This document shows, piece by piece, positions 11,878 through 25,741 of a DNA stretch of 64,000 nt. The notes below the pieces were generated by a model. It did not search any database. It saw nothing but the letters and a program-made list of their open reading frames with translations, and was not told where the DNA came from. A program made the position numbers and the translations under genes. Each line of letters starts with the position of its first letter. The stretch's first letter is position 1. The stretch spans positions 22,506,001 through 22,570,000 of the forward strand of contig CM114271.1 in the NCBI GenBank assembly GCA_050084515.1, read 5' to 3'. Source of the DNA: Blasia pusilla (Eukaryota).

Positions 11878-14800
11878 ATGTCGGTGTCCTTGAATGCTCT
11901 GAAGAATTATGTTAGAGGTCCATCTTCGCAGAACCAGGCCGAAGACACGGTTCTGTTGCACGTCTCGCATTCGAATCTGAGGCAGAAGTTTTCGGAATTG
12001 CGATTTGATTTGCATGTAATGTTGCTCTCTTTTCGCCTCTGTTGTGTGAGGAATCGGCCTTTTGTGAGGGTGCTGCATTTTGCGCGACAAACGTGCGATG
12101 AGGATCTTAGTGAGAATTGATGTCATCAGCGAAGGATTTAGGTGTGATTGGAGCAGGGCACGGGATGTGCATTGAGTGCACGTGATTATGTCTGAGTTGC
12201 TTATGTTCTTAAAGTTGACTGCAGGGCATCTGGGTTGGATGACAATTACTTGGATCACTTAGGACTGGTCATAGGCTACTATGAGGGAGAGCACATGTGA
12301 AAGCGGTGTATTGCTTCACGTTTATGCATGTCAAGAGTGCACTCTGTTGCATTGACTGGCTGGTTTTTTGCAGACGACTGTCGGCAATGTGAAGGAGAAA
12401 TTGAGGGCTCACACAGGAACAGCTGTTGAGGCCATGTACCTCCAGTTATACGACGATGGCAATGCCAAGCTGTGCGACTTGGCTGAAGATCAGCGTCCGT
12501 TAGGGTTTTACTCTCCTCTTGACGGGTATGCCTGAAGACTTTGTTCTTACTTCTATGAGAATCTCAAGCTGGATTGTGCTCCTCATCCATGTCATCATGT
12601 TGCCTTACTATCGCTAGTCTTCTTGGGAAGTGGGCCACAGATATCGCATACACGTTGTAGACCTTGACCCCACGTCACTCTCAGCAGGGGGCTGGTTGGA
12701 GAATACTTCTCTAGTGGAAAAATACACCATGTCAGACGAAGCCTACAGCAAGCGTGATGGTGAGTTTCGTCAGATCGCCAGAAATTGCCGCGTGTTAATT
12801 CCGTATCGATCTAGAATTCTCTACTTTGAAAATCCATAGTTGATGCAAATGGGTAGCCGTAGCCGTAGCAGTAGTTGTCATGCCCAAAATATCGCCCTTC
12901 TCTGTACAAGTTATATACAGCGAAGAATTAGATGCGTTTGAAGTGGCTAATGTTGTTGATGTACGACCATCCATGCTATTCCTTAGTGCAAAGACTTATC
13001 GTATCTATCTCTGTGCCTACAGATACTTTTAGAAAATTCAAGGAAAAGCGACTCGCAGAAGATCCCACATGGACACTACAGAAGGTCAGTTCTGGTGGGC
13101 CTGGAGCTGTGGTCTAAGGGAACTGGGAATGTCCAACGGAAACTTTTGTAAAGAGCCTGCTCATATTTATGAGCAGGCTATTTCAGAGTTCTCACATAGG
13201 ATCAGGGTTAGCTGGACTCACAGTGGGCTTTGAAGAAGAGCTTCATATTTTGATTAAGGTGTGTCTACCCTAGGCCTTGTACATGGAATGTTATATGTTC
13301 TAAGTGTGGTTGGTGGGTTTGTCCAGGAAATGGCTTCTAGAAGAGGTGGGTCTGTGCCACAGGTCAGTTCCTCTATCGCTGTTGTCATTTCCGTTTCTGT
13401 TGAGACTTTAAAAGTCCAGTTGTACAGATCTTTCTTGCAGTTTGAATGTTGATTGCTGTAATCATGTTTGTAGAGCCAGTTGTGTTTCAGTCGCCAAAGA
13501 AATAATTGGGTTGGAGTCATTTGGGAATGGCACTCATATCCAGCATGATGTTTCTGTGCCAGCAGAGCCATCCAATTGATGATGATCACATGAAAGATAT
13601 TGCTGGAGGCATACATGTAAGTTTTAAAACACTACAAACTATGCTACTGGCATCAGATCTCCCAGAGTCCAAGTGGATTTGAAGCAAGACTTTTCTCACT
13701 TTTTAATTTGTGGCTTAAGATTTTTCTGTTTCTTCATTCGTTTTTTACTTTTTTATTTCTTAGAAGTATTGCCTTGGGTGTTTTTATACCTACCTTTTTC
13801 CAAACCTTCAGCTGAGTATGGTTGATTCTAGATGATAGCACTTGGGTCCCATCTATTATACCTGGAAAATGTTTATGTAAATGTGGATATGTACCTGTCA
13901 TGGAAACGAATGATCGCTGCTTTCTGGTCTCTGTATGAAAGGGTCCTTTAAGCTGAGAGAAATGATATAAACTTCACTGTATGCTTTTCCTTTCATTTGC
14001 TATACTAGTGTGAATATGCTGAATGTTCATCTCTCAGGCACTTGTGAAGTATGTTCTTCTTCAACATTACTTGGGTCATTGGAGAGTGACTCTGTTGAGC
14101 CCTTTTAGAAAATCATAGTACAAGCATTGTGCTTGATATGTGGATTTCTTTTTGTTGTACAGTTTTGTCTTGCACGGGAAAGTGTATGAACAGAGAATTT
14201 GCGTTTATGGTAAACAGGTAGGGGATAGGTGTGAAGTTGACCCAGGGGGCAAGCGTGGGGAAGTAAAGTTTGTTGGAAGAGCAGAGACTTTGGCACCTGG
14301 CTTCTGGATTGGTGTCCAATTTGATGAACCTGTGGGCAAGCATGATGGCCTGTAAGATTTGTTACTTTCTCCTCTCTGTAAGTTTTGCCTTCTTTTGGGA
14401 ACAAGAAATTCGTATCCATGATAGGTGGGATTAGTAAAACAAAATGTACGCAAATTCATTGGGCCTGTAGGTTGTGGATTATCATGTTGTCACCCTCCGC
14501 AGTTTTGAAGTAAAGTGATCAAAGAACTGGTTGCATACTGAAAAATAACGTTACAGTTGGAAGTGCTGTAAAGAAATTTGGGTCTGTCCTTTTCCAGATG
14601 TGAAGGAACTATATTCAGATTCATTTAGAAAACTACTGCATGTGGCAAGACCTTATCCTTACCCTTGCAAGTATGATACTCTTCTATACAGGGTTAAGGG
14701 AAAGAGATACTTTACGAGCCCCACACAGTATGGTTCTATGCTCCGTCCTGATAAAGTGAAGGTATTGTGACTGCTCTTACCAATTGTTCACTATCAGTCT

Positions 14801-14972
14801 GTTTTCTAGTAATGTCTTCTTTGAATGGTTGACACTTTTCCAGATTTAGCCATTAATGGTCATTGCACCAGGGCCCTGTATTTGTATTTGACTGGAATGA
14901 CTGGCATGTTTGGTCGGGCAGGTTGGAGACTACCCAGAGCGGGATCCGTTTGAAGATGACGAGGAGATATAA
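11878..14972 (+). CDS. TFCB: Tubulin-folding cofactor B (Ubl + CAP-Gly), 9 exons, about 271 aa
   Basis: GT-AG exons 11878-12015, 12374-12525, 12641-12759, 13023-13084, 13327-13362, 13563(or 13566)-13616, 14218-14351, 14692-14761, 14922-14972, with consistent phases. Ubl region LGFYSPLDGYRIHVVDLDP; CAP-Gly [25 protein letters not shown]; C-terminus VGDYPERDPFEDDEEI*. Confidence 0.95.
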
Positions 14973-16839
14973 TCTGTAGCAATTTCTGCAATTCCTTTAA
15001 TGCCAGAGGTTTTTAAGGCTATGGTGATATGTTGGAAGTAGAAATTCTATCTGTAAAGCCTACCATCAATCTCTTCAATTTTCAAATCCCTTAATGCCAA
15101 ATTACTATGTAGGGGTCGTTCGTGGGAAGAAGGGCTATGATTAATTGTAGATTAGCAATTGGATTTCTGCACCAGTGGCCAGCAGGGCTGTCTGGCTCCA
15201 GCTGCTAATACTTTCCTATCCTTAATTGTAGAAAGTTCATGCACACAGCTGGTAGTGTCTGTCTTTTCCAAATCTCTGAATACTTGGTCCCCTCCTTGGG
15301 AATGAATCATGTTTCTCACCTCAGTGACTTGAGTCATTACTGGACTTCTTTACTTCACTGTCAACCTGATATCCACTATTTATGCTTTCTACAATGTCTC
15401 GAACTTTTTTTTCCCCCCTTTTCCGGGGTGTTCTCATTGCACTAATGTGGGGTCACTTGGTTAACTGGTCTTTACATTTCTGATGCAATAATCCTCAGCA
15501 CATGCATTTAATATATCAAGCAGCTTGAGAATTGTAGCTACAACGATTGATGGCTTTCTCTTCTGGCAATGCGATCATTTCTCAACTCTCTGGACTAAGT
15601 ACAAATGTAATCTCGAGACCCAAAGTTAGTTGCTGAGGGAAGAGAAGTTGGTTGTGTTCACATAAGTTTAAGGTGGAGCTCTATTTGTCACTTTCTCATT
15701 GTGAGGGTCGCAAGAAGTTTTCCCACAAGAAAATTGCATTCTTATGGTGAACATGTTTGGACTAGTAAGAATCAGTCCAAGAAAACTGATCTTTAAAAGA
15801 GAAATGTTCAGCAATGGAAAATGAAGGAATCAAAATGAAAGAGAGAACTCTTGATGTCCATGTTAAGATATACATTTCTTACATTGGAATGAAAATAGTG
15901 ATACAAACAAATGAATTTTTTTGAAGTAATGGTAGTTAAAGGTTCCTCTTCCTAATTCTCAATGGAGGGAAATTGTGCTATGTGAATTACTTTCACGCCA
16001 ACATCCTCTAGATTTCTTCTAAAGGGTGCCCTTGTTTTATTTGATCTTGTGTCTCCATAGTTCATGGTGGAATGCAAGTATTTAACCGATGGCTTCAAGG
16101 CAAATTTGGGCATGATATAGTTGGAGACCTTTTTTGGAGGAAAAAGGTGAGCTTGTGGAGGAGCTTGGTTGGAGGTGACCTAGGTGTGCATGGGACACAA
16201 TTGAAGTGAGATGTTTACATTTTGCAAGTTGAAAGTGGTGACAACTAGACAAAGTTGGGTAGTAACAAGTTCACCTAATTGACCACTTCTTTCTTCCCTT
16301 TTCATTCAATCTTTGTTGAGAGGTGGTGTTTGCCAAAGTGCTCAAGTTGTGAAGAGGAAGTGTCTTGGGATTTTGTTTCTTTGAGTTGTTGAAATCCTTA
16401 TTCATAAAGCAATGATTTGTTTCTCAAATCTCATGAAAATGCCTTCTATCAACTTTAGCCTTCTCTTACAATCTAGCTGTTGTCATGGACGAGTTCACTT
16501 GGTCTTATGATCAAAGGCTATGTTGCTTCCATCAATTGAGCTTGATTTTGACAAAATTGAATTCCATCAAAAGCTCAATTTCGATGAAATAGAATTTCTT
16601 TTTAAATTTCCAACAAATTTGATCCAATAGTAATGCAAAACACTTCTTGAATAGTCGGTCAAAAATTCACAATAATCACACTCCAAGGATGAGGAAATAC
16701 GTACAATCATTTTGAAACATCCTTTTTATAATGATATATCCCTACATTTCAAAAATTGATTCGAGTTTTATGTTCGAGGAAATGAAGTCATGGTATGAGA
16801 AATCGAATTCAGTTCAGAGTATTAGTTTTTCTTAATGAG

Positions 16840-17490
16840 CCAATTCGGAATGTAGGAAGTGATGATCAAGAAGCACCATCCAACAACATCAATAGAAAGC
16901 CATGAGAGGTGACGAACTCTCAAAAGTTAGAGAGTCCATGCTTGGAAGCGTGAAACCAAAACAATTCCATGAAATGAAGCCAGGGAAGGTTCAGATGAAG
17001 ACATTGAACAATCCATCAATGAGACATTCCAAGCAGCGATGGAGAAGAGTATTCTACTTCTCATTGGACTTCCATACTTAGAGCATCAAACAAGTTAAAA
17101 CCTCAAGTGCTTAAATTCATGCATGATGACTTCTTGGCTATTTATGATATTTATGTGGTGAGGAATCTTTAGATACATGCTTTGATCACTCTTAAAGAAG
17201 AAATACAAAAACTTGAGTGGATTGAAGGGGTTGCAACTGGTGAGTATCTTCTGGAGTTGGTTGATCTTCCAGAAGGTAAGCATGCGATTAGATGTAAATG
17301 AGTATTCAAGATGAAGCACAACTACAATGGTAATGTAATGTAAGGCTACATTAGTGGCAAAGGGATTTGAACAACAATATGGCTTGGACTATAATGAGAC
17401 ATTCAATCTTGTAGCCAAGATGGTGAAAATCAAAACTTGTTGAAGTATTGACCACAAACAAAGGATGAAAAATGTTTGCAAATGATTTCA
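16840..17490 (+). mobile_element. Ty1/Copia pol relic (end of integrase to start of RT)
   Basis: 17264-17440 translates DLPEGKHAIRCK*VFKMKH...KATLVAKGFEQQYGLDYNETFNLVAKM, with stops and frameshifts. Confidence 0.8.
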
Positions 17491-17511
17491 AAATTTTTTT
17501 TAATCATCATA

Positions 17512-18050
17512 GATGCTCTCCCAAACCTACTCATTTCTTGAGCTTGTTGTATGTTTGGATCAAGGTGTTCTACAACCTTGATGCCCTCCAAAGCCTACTC
17601 ATTTCTTGAGCTTGTTGTATGTTTGGATCAAGGTGTTCTACAACCTTGATGCCCTCCCAAGCCTACTCATTTCTTGAGCTTGTGGTATGTTTGGATTAGT
17701 GTGTTCTACAACCCATATGCTCTTCCAAACCTGCTCATTTCTTGAGCTTGTTGTTTGTTTGGGTGAGTGTGTTTTGCACCCTTCATGCCCTCCCAAACTT
17801 GCTCATTTCTTGAGCTCGAGCTATGTTTGGATAAGTGTTTTCTACAAGCTGGATGATGGATGATCTCCGAAACCTACTTACTCATTTCTTGAGGTGGTTG
17901 TGTGTTTGGGTGAGTGTGTTATGCAACTTAGATGCTTTCCCAAACCTACTTATTTCTTGAGCTCGTTTTATGTTTGGATGAGTGTGTCCTACAACTTTGA
18001 TGCTCTCCTAAACCCACTCATTTCTGGGGCGTGTTGAAAGTTTGGATCTG
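17512..18050. repeat. 68-bp tandem minisatellite, about 8 copies
   Basis: Unit GATGCTCTCCCAAACCTACTCATTTCTTGAGCTTGTTGTATGTTTGGATCAAGGTGTTCTACAACCTT starts at 17512, 17580, 17648 and continues, diverging towards the right. Confidence 0.95.
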
Positions 18051-18935
18051 TTCATGTCATAGGGTCGTTGCAATGGAACTTTTCGTATTTCGTGATCGGT
18101 TCCTGAAACTCCTGCTCGCACTTCATTCTGCCCGTGTTTGGCAGTGGGGCGATGGCGGTGATTGCAGAGCATCGGAAAACTCAGTGTGTTCGACCTTTGC
18201 ATTATGTATGTGATTCTGTGCGCCATTAGGAATCAGTTTGCTTTTCCAGTGCGCTCCAGCCATCGAAGGGAAGTGGACTCATCTGCTCGCGGCACCAGGA
18301 AATTTTCATCGTTGTGTTCCAGAGAAAGACTCCTGTGGGATCCGACGGCAAAGCATCGCGCGTACTAATCAACGCGAGTTTGCAATTTGTTTCCAGACGA
18401 AGAAAGACGATCGGATCTGCGAGTTTGTGCATTTTGTTTTGTTTCTTTAAATAGGGAGAGAATCGCTGCGCGATTTTTTGCAAATGCGAAGGAAGCGAAT
18501 CGAATGCGCACTTCTCTTTGTCCGTCCTGAAAGAGTAACAGAATTGTCTGCGGAGTTTCTCGGATTCCTCCGGTGCCGAGGAAGTCCGATCCCAAGTGCC
18601 GACATTGCGCGCATCGGGACGACATTCGGAGGACATCCCTTCCGGTCCCTGTGCGACAGTCATAGCATAGATCGATTTGCTCCATGAATGAATGAGCAAC
18701 ACCTCCCCAGTCCTCACCAGCAAACAACAATCAAAGCCTACCACCTCCTAGTCCCACAAAGTAGGGCATCATTGAAGAGGCGAGAGGAAGTCCCACCGTT
18801 GAAAGTTCTTCGCCGATTGGGCGAGACATGGGAGAAGATTAAGACCGAGACAGTTTGATTTCTATGCTACACTCGGTCGGCGGCCCTGCGAAGCTCAGGC
18901 CGGGCAGAGGAGTGGTGGTCCATTCATCATCATCA

Positions 18936-20505
18936 TCATCTGGTCTTATCCTCGAAGGAGACGCTCGGTGCCGCGAAGGGATGTGCGTAGGGAAGCACTC
19001 GCGCTACGACGATCAGTGGAATCAGCAAATAAGGGATGTAAATCGCGAGTAGAGCGCTGCGTGTGGGTACTCCAGACGCCCAAATGTCACCCAGAATGGG
19101 TATCTGCACACGCAATGAGCCACCAGATCCAAGTTCAGAGATAGCAATCCGTGGTTCATGAGCCTACTTACTCAAATCTCCGCTCGCTTGCGACTCAAGT
19201 ATTCAGTAGTAAGAGAGGTAGCAACACTTCCAGACGTGTCTGGAAATGCGAACCCTATGGAAAGCTCCAATCTACAGAGCACCAGGTTTTCGATTCACAA
19301 GCTTTCTGAGCAGAAATGCTGAGAATGACGGCCGATTCCGTGGTTCGTAAGGGAGAGCATGGGGGCAGAGCGCGTCCTGAGTAGAGATTCAGGTTAGGGA
19401 TTGCAGAGGGATAGAGGCGACGGGTTTGGGATCCAGGTTTCGGCGCTGTGTACGGATCCGAAAGGTGGACAATGGAGCTGCCTATCCAGAGAACTCTAAG
19501 GTTTGGGGAATGTGACAGGCGTGCAGAAGCCGTGCACGGATTCTTCAGGCGACGAGGATAGCCATCTGACGAAGCTGAATCCATGGCGGCAAGTGTGATT
19601 GCCGAATTCCAACAACTCGAATGGACATTCTAGAAAAAAGCAGCCCCGTCAAGGTTCCGAAATGCGAGAGACGTCATGACGAATGCAGAATCATGTTTTG
19701 GGTCCAAAGATAAGAACATCGTACCATGGTGGTGGCAGTGTGCACGCCATATATGATACCTGTCATTCGTCCCCAGTCTTTTCCTGTGCACGAAGAATTC
19801 ACACGCACAACTGAGACAAGCCAGGGCCTTGACATCTTCTAATCTGCCATGAAAATCCATCCTACAAGAGTTCCATGCTCAGATCAAGCACCAGCCAGTA
19901 TCAACAATTCCAACAACGGCAAGCAAAACCCCATGGATCCACCGGGCTTCTTGGAGAGCAAGCGTTCAACACAGATCAGCCGAGCAGTGATGAGATATAC
20001 GCCAATATCATCATAGACAATTGAACGAGCGCTACAGAATTGCGCATCGGCGTTCAATGCACTTCAATGAGCTAGCAGTAACAAACCCACTCATCTCCGA
20101 GGGGTTTACACCTCTGGAAATGAGAGTGAGGACAATGTGCTTCTGCTCTGAAACCGAGACTCCTACGGCAAGAGAAAACCTTCTGGAGCCACTGCACTGC
20201 CATGGGAAGAGAGTGAGGTAATGGATACCTAGGAGGAAGCCGTAGGCATTGGCAATGTGGAGAGGAAGCTGGATGAGGAACTCGGCATAAACCATCGCCT
20301 TGAAGAAATGCGGGGGATTGCCGACAAGGTAGTCACCGGATTGCTTCACGTGCCATTGGAGGAGCTGTTGACACACCGTAGGGAACCATGCTTTGGGAAA
20401 TACCACCTGGGCATCCAACAGCAGCATTATGGGCAGATGTAGCAGGAAGAACATCCCCAACATCACATCGATTGGTCTCTTGCTCAGCGCCAACGCCGTC
20501 TTCAT
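18936..20505 (-). CDS. EXPERA-domain / TMEM97 (sigma-2 receptor)-like membrane protein, 3 exons, 167 aa
   Basis: Exons 20505-20229, 19783-19725, 19103-18936, all GT-AG and phase-consistent. Motifs LLDAQVVFP, SGDYLV..PPHFFKAMVYAEFLIQLP, GKDWGRMTGIIYGVHTATTMIPILGDI, IYIPYLLIPL; C-terminus EDKTR*. Confidence 0.9.
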
Positions 20506-21269
20506 CTCTCGCAGTTCTTCAAGGCGTATCTCTCTCTCTCTCTCGTCGGCGATCAAAATAATCCCATCAATGGAGAAACCGTCTGAGCTCGATTGCTGGG
20601 AGGCGTGAGAATCATCTCTCTCTAAAGAATCGATCAGAATCCCACCAATATCGAAACCATCTGAGATATATCTTGCAGGCTCCGCGCTCTTACCCCTGTG
20701 AGGAGGCAGAATCACTTCGATGTCCGCCTCCACTCCCTCTCTTCTCTCTTTCTCCAACAAACAGATTGGCGATGGAAACCCCACCGATGGGAAACCGTCC
20801 GAGCCACAAATTGACCATGCCCGCAGCCCAAGCTGGAGCGATCCTTCGACTTCCCGCAGCAGAAGACCCCGCGAATCTTTCCTCACCGGAGGCAAGAAAT
20901 CGCATCACATGAACGTGACAGTCATCCTCACCCCAGAAAATCACTCGCCGGCCAAACTCACTACTCATTTCCAACGGTTCGGTATCACAAGAGATTCTCC
21001 CCATTCCCCTTCACATGGAGCCCTTTTCGTTACTTCTTCACAACTAAACCTCACAAACGTATTAGTCTCCGTTTCCCTTACTCTCAACTTTTAGTGGTAT
21101 TTTTATTTCGCGGGTTAAGGAACGGACATAGCGTTTTATATAGTCATATCCTATGAAGATTATGGTAGTTTATTATTTGGAATAACAAAAGAAATTAGTA
21201 TTCAAAAGTTATTTATGTTTTATTTTATGGTTGAAGAATTGCATCGAAGTCGATCAAATGGAGGAAGAG

Positions 21270-22056
21270 AGTTTTGGATAATATCACGATAAGTCACTTG
21301 GTGGGAGTCGTTCATATAGAGGTTTGGATTTATAATGACGATTTTCTTTACACTCACATGAGAAGTCGATATAGAATTTCTTTTGAACCAAGTAGATGTG
21401 ATCGAACCATTCATGCCACGTATGCCAACGCGGGAGAGAGCGAGAAAAAGAGTTGAGATAGCAAAGTGTGTTGTGGTAGTTATTTATCAATTTGCCCACA
21501 TTCCACCACTCGGAATCAGAAATTGTTAAATACACATCCATTATCATTAATATTCTAACAAGTAGATATAAAGTGTACGCCAAATATGTTAGATCGCCAA
21601 GAATTGATGAAATGATTGAAGAAATGCGCAAATATAAGCGTATTTTTGGAGTTTCACAAATCATAGGAGCCATAGATGGGTCTCACATAAAACTTAAATT
21701 CAATTTTGTTGTGAAATATTTCCTAGCACTGTAGGAATCGTCACTCTGAATATTCGGTGCTTCTTCAAGGTATATGTGATGCCGATCTGAAGTTTTGGGA
21801 CATATGTTGTACTAAGTACGGATCCATTTATGATGATGTATATTTAAGGCAATCCATGATGTTTCAATGTATTGAAGAAAAATGTATCCTTTGTCAGCCA
21901 AAAATCACAATGCCATTTGATCACGGAGAGGTTCAAATCATTCCGCCGATAATACTTGGAGATACCGCCTATCCCCTACGACCATGGCTATTGAAGCCTT
22001 TCCATCGACACCTACATCAAGGCAATCCATTGGAAAATATCTCTTCAAAGGGTTGA
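21270..22056 (+). pseudogene. Second PIF/Harbinger transposase fragment
   Basis: IIGAIDGSHI, LLQGICDADLKFWDIC...GSIYDD, ILGDTAYPLRPWLLKPF. Confidence 0.85.
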
Positions 22057-22559
22057 AGGGAAACTCAAGGGGCTAAAGTTCACAATATTGTTACAAGGTT
22101 TGACCAAATCTATTCGTGCTTGTAATGGATTTCAGTTGCTAAGGCTTCGATTAACTTGCTGATCACGAAGGTATATTCTTTGGAGGATAACAAACAGGGT
22201 ATGGTAGTTACTCATTCAATTTAATTCCTTGTTTTTTTTGGAAGCTCACAAGGCTAAAGAATGGTTTTTTCATTAGGCTCTTGAAGTTTTTCACTTGTGT
22301 CAACATATGTGTCTGATTGGAGTCTTCTGTTTGGTTGTTCTGTATTACTTTGGGTTCTTTATAGAACAACCATGAAACCACCGATGACCTCCCAAGGTCG
22401 ACTTCCTTTTGGTCATCCACATCGAGTCTTAGCACACGATTTCAAATTATGGCAAAGAGAGTAGGTTTTGGCCCGCAGATTGGGGATTAAGGGAGTGAGA
22501 TGACCTTGTAATCAATGCAAAGGGGGGGACTTATATACCTCTTCATAGAGTAGAAGAGC

Positions 22560-24671
22560 ATCTGAAAATTTTTGAACGCTTTCATCTTTTTTGCATCCCA
22601 AAGAATAGACACGAGTGGGATTCCTCTGACGAGGAGTGGTCAATTCAAGATCAAGAGTCCTTCAAGGACCAAGCTGAAAAAATCATACATGAAGCCCATC
22701 GTGATATTGACCCTAATTTACCAAATGACACAACCCAAAGGCAACACCTGGATGCTGATATTGATGTTCAACAAATGTTGAATGATATGTTTATGCAATA
22801 CGATCACCTCCATGATGATGAGCATCATGAGGTAGGGGTTGAAGATAGTGAGAATGATCCGATGGATACCGAAAATAATATAGACATTGGAATTGATGAC
22901 GATCAATTTTCTGAGCTTGCACAAGCATGCAAGCCACTTTTTCTAGGGGCAAAGATATCCATCTTAGCTTTTGTGATGTTGCTTTTCAATGTTTCTACTA
23001 CCGATAACTTGCAAACATTGCTCTTGATGAGATATTGAGGCTTATTGGTAAACTCGTTCTTCCAGTAGAAAACCATGTTCCTCCTAGTTACTACGCAGCC
23101 AAGAAGCTTATAGGAATACTTGGATTGAGTTACGATTCATATCATGCATGTAGGATGTGTGTTGTTGCGTGGGGATCTGAAAGATTCAACAATGTGCCCA
23201 AAGTGCCAAAAATCTCGGTTTAAGCAAGCTGGGAAGTCATTAGTACCATGCAAGGTTCTTTGCCAATTTCCCATCATCCCAAGGATGCGAAGAATGTTCA
23301 GATGTTTGACATCATCTGAATTGTTGGTATGGGCAGCAAGTAACAAGAGTAAAGATGGGATGGTTCGACATGCAAGTGATAGCAAAGCATGGTCTCATGT
23401 AGATCAAACTTACCTAGAGTTTAGTCAGGATATGAGAAATTGTAGATTTGGGCTAGCTCCGAGTACATGAAATATTTTGACACAATTCAAAGCAAACTTT
23501 GGGATGGTGCCGAGGAGGAAGGGGTGGCTGGAGAGGAGTTAGAAGGAAGTGGGCAACCAATTTTGCTACTGCCCAACATTCTAAATCTTGCACACAAATA
23601 TGTACTGCACAACAATGAATGCATGGTGAAGTGAAGAAAGTGAGTGTTTAAGGCAATCTCTGACTTTAGTAGAGCTCCCTATTTCTGCACTTCATTGGAC
23701 AAGAATGCATATGGCACCAAACTAGTCACCTTCAAACCCTCCAACTAAGTTGAAAAGGTTCAACTTAGTTCATTGGATGTTTTGCTTTCCACGAGAAATT
23801 TGAAGTGGAGAAAGTTAATCAAGTTGAGTTGGATTCAACTAACTTTGAGGATTGGATGCATCAAGCCATTGTTCGATCTGCTAAAGAGAATGGTGGGGTT
23901 TGTGATGAGGAAGCTTATCATCTATCAATCCCTCTTGAGCCTAAAGTATTATCTTACAAAAGTATGAAGGCTTACGGAAATCATTTTAGAGTCAAGTCAA
24001 GGAATGGATCTTCCTTTAACACCTGCGATTGTGGATTGGGGGCAATGTTTTTGCGTGATATGGAGGATAAGTTTGATTGCTCATTCACAGATGTAGGGGT
24101 TTTAACAGACATCTTAGCCTTCAATTATCACCTTGAAGGTGGTCAACCGGTTGCTCTCATGAGAGGCCGGTGGGTTAGAGGGGATTGGTCTTCTCGACAC
24201 CCAACTATGAAACGAGATTCCCAGGGTTTCTTGATGGCCAATATAAAAGATTTTGAGCCACTAAATCATGAACCATTTGTTTTCCCCTCCCAAGTGGAGC
24301 AAATTTGTTTCGGGGATGGAGGTGAGTGGAGAGTGGTGGTACGGAAAGAAGCTAGATCGCGTAGAGTTTTCCAAGATGCTAGGGACAATCAGGACCATGG
24401 GGAAGGGAGTGATTTTATTGGCCTTGAAGCCCCTTTAACTTTACGTGACTGGCTTCCTCCCGTGAACACAGTTGGTGCAATAGAGTTGAATGACAAAGAT
24501 TTAGTTGTGGCATGTAGAAACTATACATCTGTTCCAACCATTATGGTATCTAGTGGCCGAATGAGATACACTATGAAGACTCAGAAGAAAATGAGTCTGA
24601 ATCAGAATAAACTAAAGATAGTCTGGGCAATCTTTTGTGGTGTATTTGCTAATAGTATTTCTATCAAGTGA
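22560..24671 (+). pseudogene. CACTA/En-Spm TnpD transposase relic with internal deletion near 23460
   Basis: ACKPLFLGAK, YDSYHAC..CVLLRG..CPKCQKSRF, FPIIPRMRRMF, VRHASDSKAWSHVD..RNCRFGLA. It then jumps to the C-terminal part (YKSMKAYGNHFRV; EPFVFPSQVEQICF..EWRVV, DUF4216-like). Confidence 0.85.
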
Positions 24672-25741
24672 TCTACCACCTTGTTCACATTTTCTGCTAT
24701 TGCAAATGGGGAAGAGTTTCAAGGTATGTTCATCTTTTATTTTTCCAATCGTACACTTACGCATCTCACAGTAGTATTGTGTTGATTTTATTTCCTTTCT
24801 TACAAGTGGTTCATTGAGCTTGGCTCAATGGTTGTATGAGAGAACAAATTCTTGAAAATTTTTAGGGTTCCATTGTGGTGCATTTTGTTGGTATCCACTC
24901 CTTCCAAGTTGTTGTGTTTGTTTTAGGTGGTTCACTTGGTACTTGTATGAGAGAATAGGCAATGCAAGTTGTTGTTAATTTTCAGGGATCCATGGTGGTA
25001 GCCTACTGTAATTTTTTTTCAAATTCCATACATCAAAGGCAAGAGAGACAATAGAAAATTCTTTTGGTCATTTGAAAGGAAGATGGATAATTCTATGCGA
25101 TTATCCAATGTCTCTAGAAATGGTTTCTAAAGTAACGCTTGAGTGTGGAGTTCTGCATAATTTTCTTATCCTACATGCAGAGCCCTTACTGTAAGATATC
25201 AATCCAATGGAGGAGAGGATGAATGGTCGAATTATCCAATCATAACTTGGAAGTACAGTTGAGAGGAGAAGAACAATCGCAGATAAACTCGTGCAAGCAA
25301 TATTGTTTAAAGAGTTTTGTGACACATGTTTACTTGAGCGATGATAGAACTTGAGGTAGATCATCCATGCTTATTTTCCAGAAATAGACGTTGTTGATAA
25401 TTGTCTACCTCGCTTTTCTTTCTCCAACTGAAACTCCATATGGCGAAGTTCGAACATTTGACACATTAGCTCCAATTTTTTATCTTCTTGTTAAGCTTTC
25501 TTCTCACTTGTCTCCTTCAAAACTTGGATAAAGGCATTCATTGACTATGTAATATTGTCATTGGTATTTCTCGACTTTCTTTTTTTGTTGGTTGTCCTAC
25601 AATACCTGGTCGGGAACATGATTTGATTCTTGGACTTTGTTTGCTTCACTTGAACTCATGTTGGATGAGTGGGTTTGAGATATGTGTTTTTGAGTCAGGT
25701 ACCACAATGTTTGCTGATAGGTTGATAGTCCTCTCCATTTA

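Noticed and set aside
17512-18050. CRISPR-like array
   Set aside because: Whole units repeat with no unique spacers, there are no cas genes, and the context is eukaryotic.
20032-20895. 287-aa single-exon ORF as the real protein
   Set aside because: It starts at TTG and runs into an intron at 20228. The spliced 167-aa model restores the family motifs.
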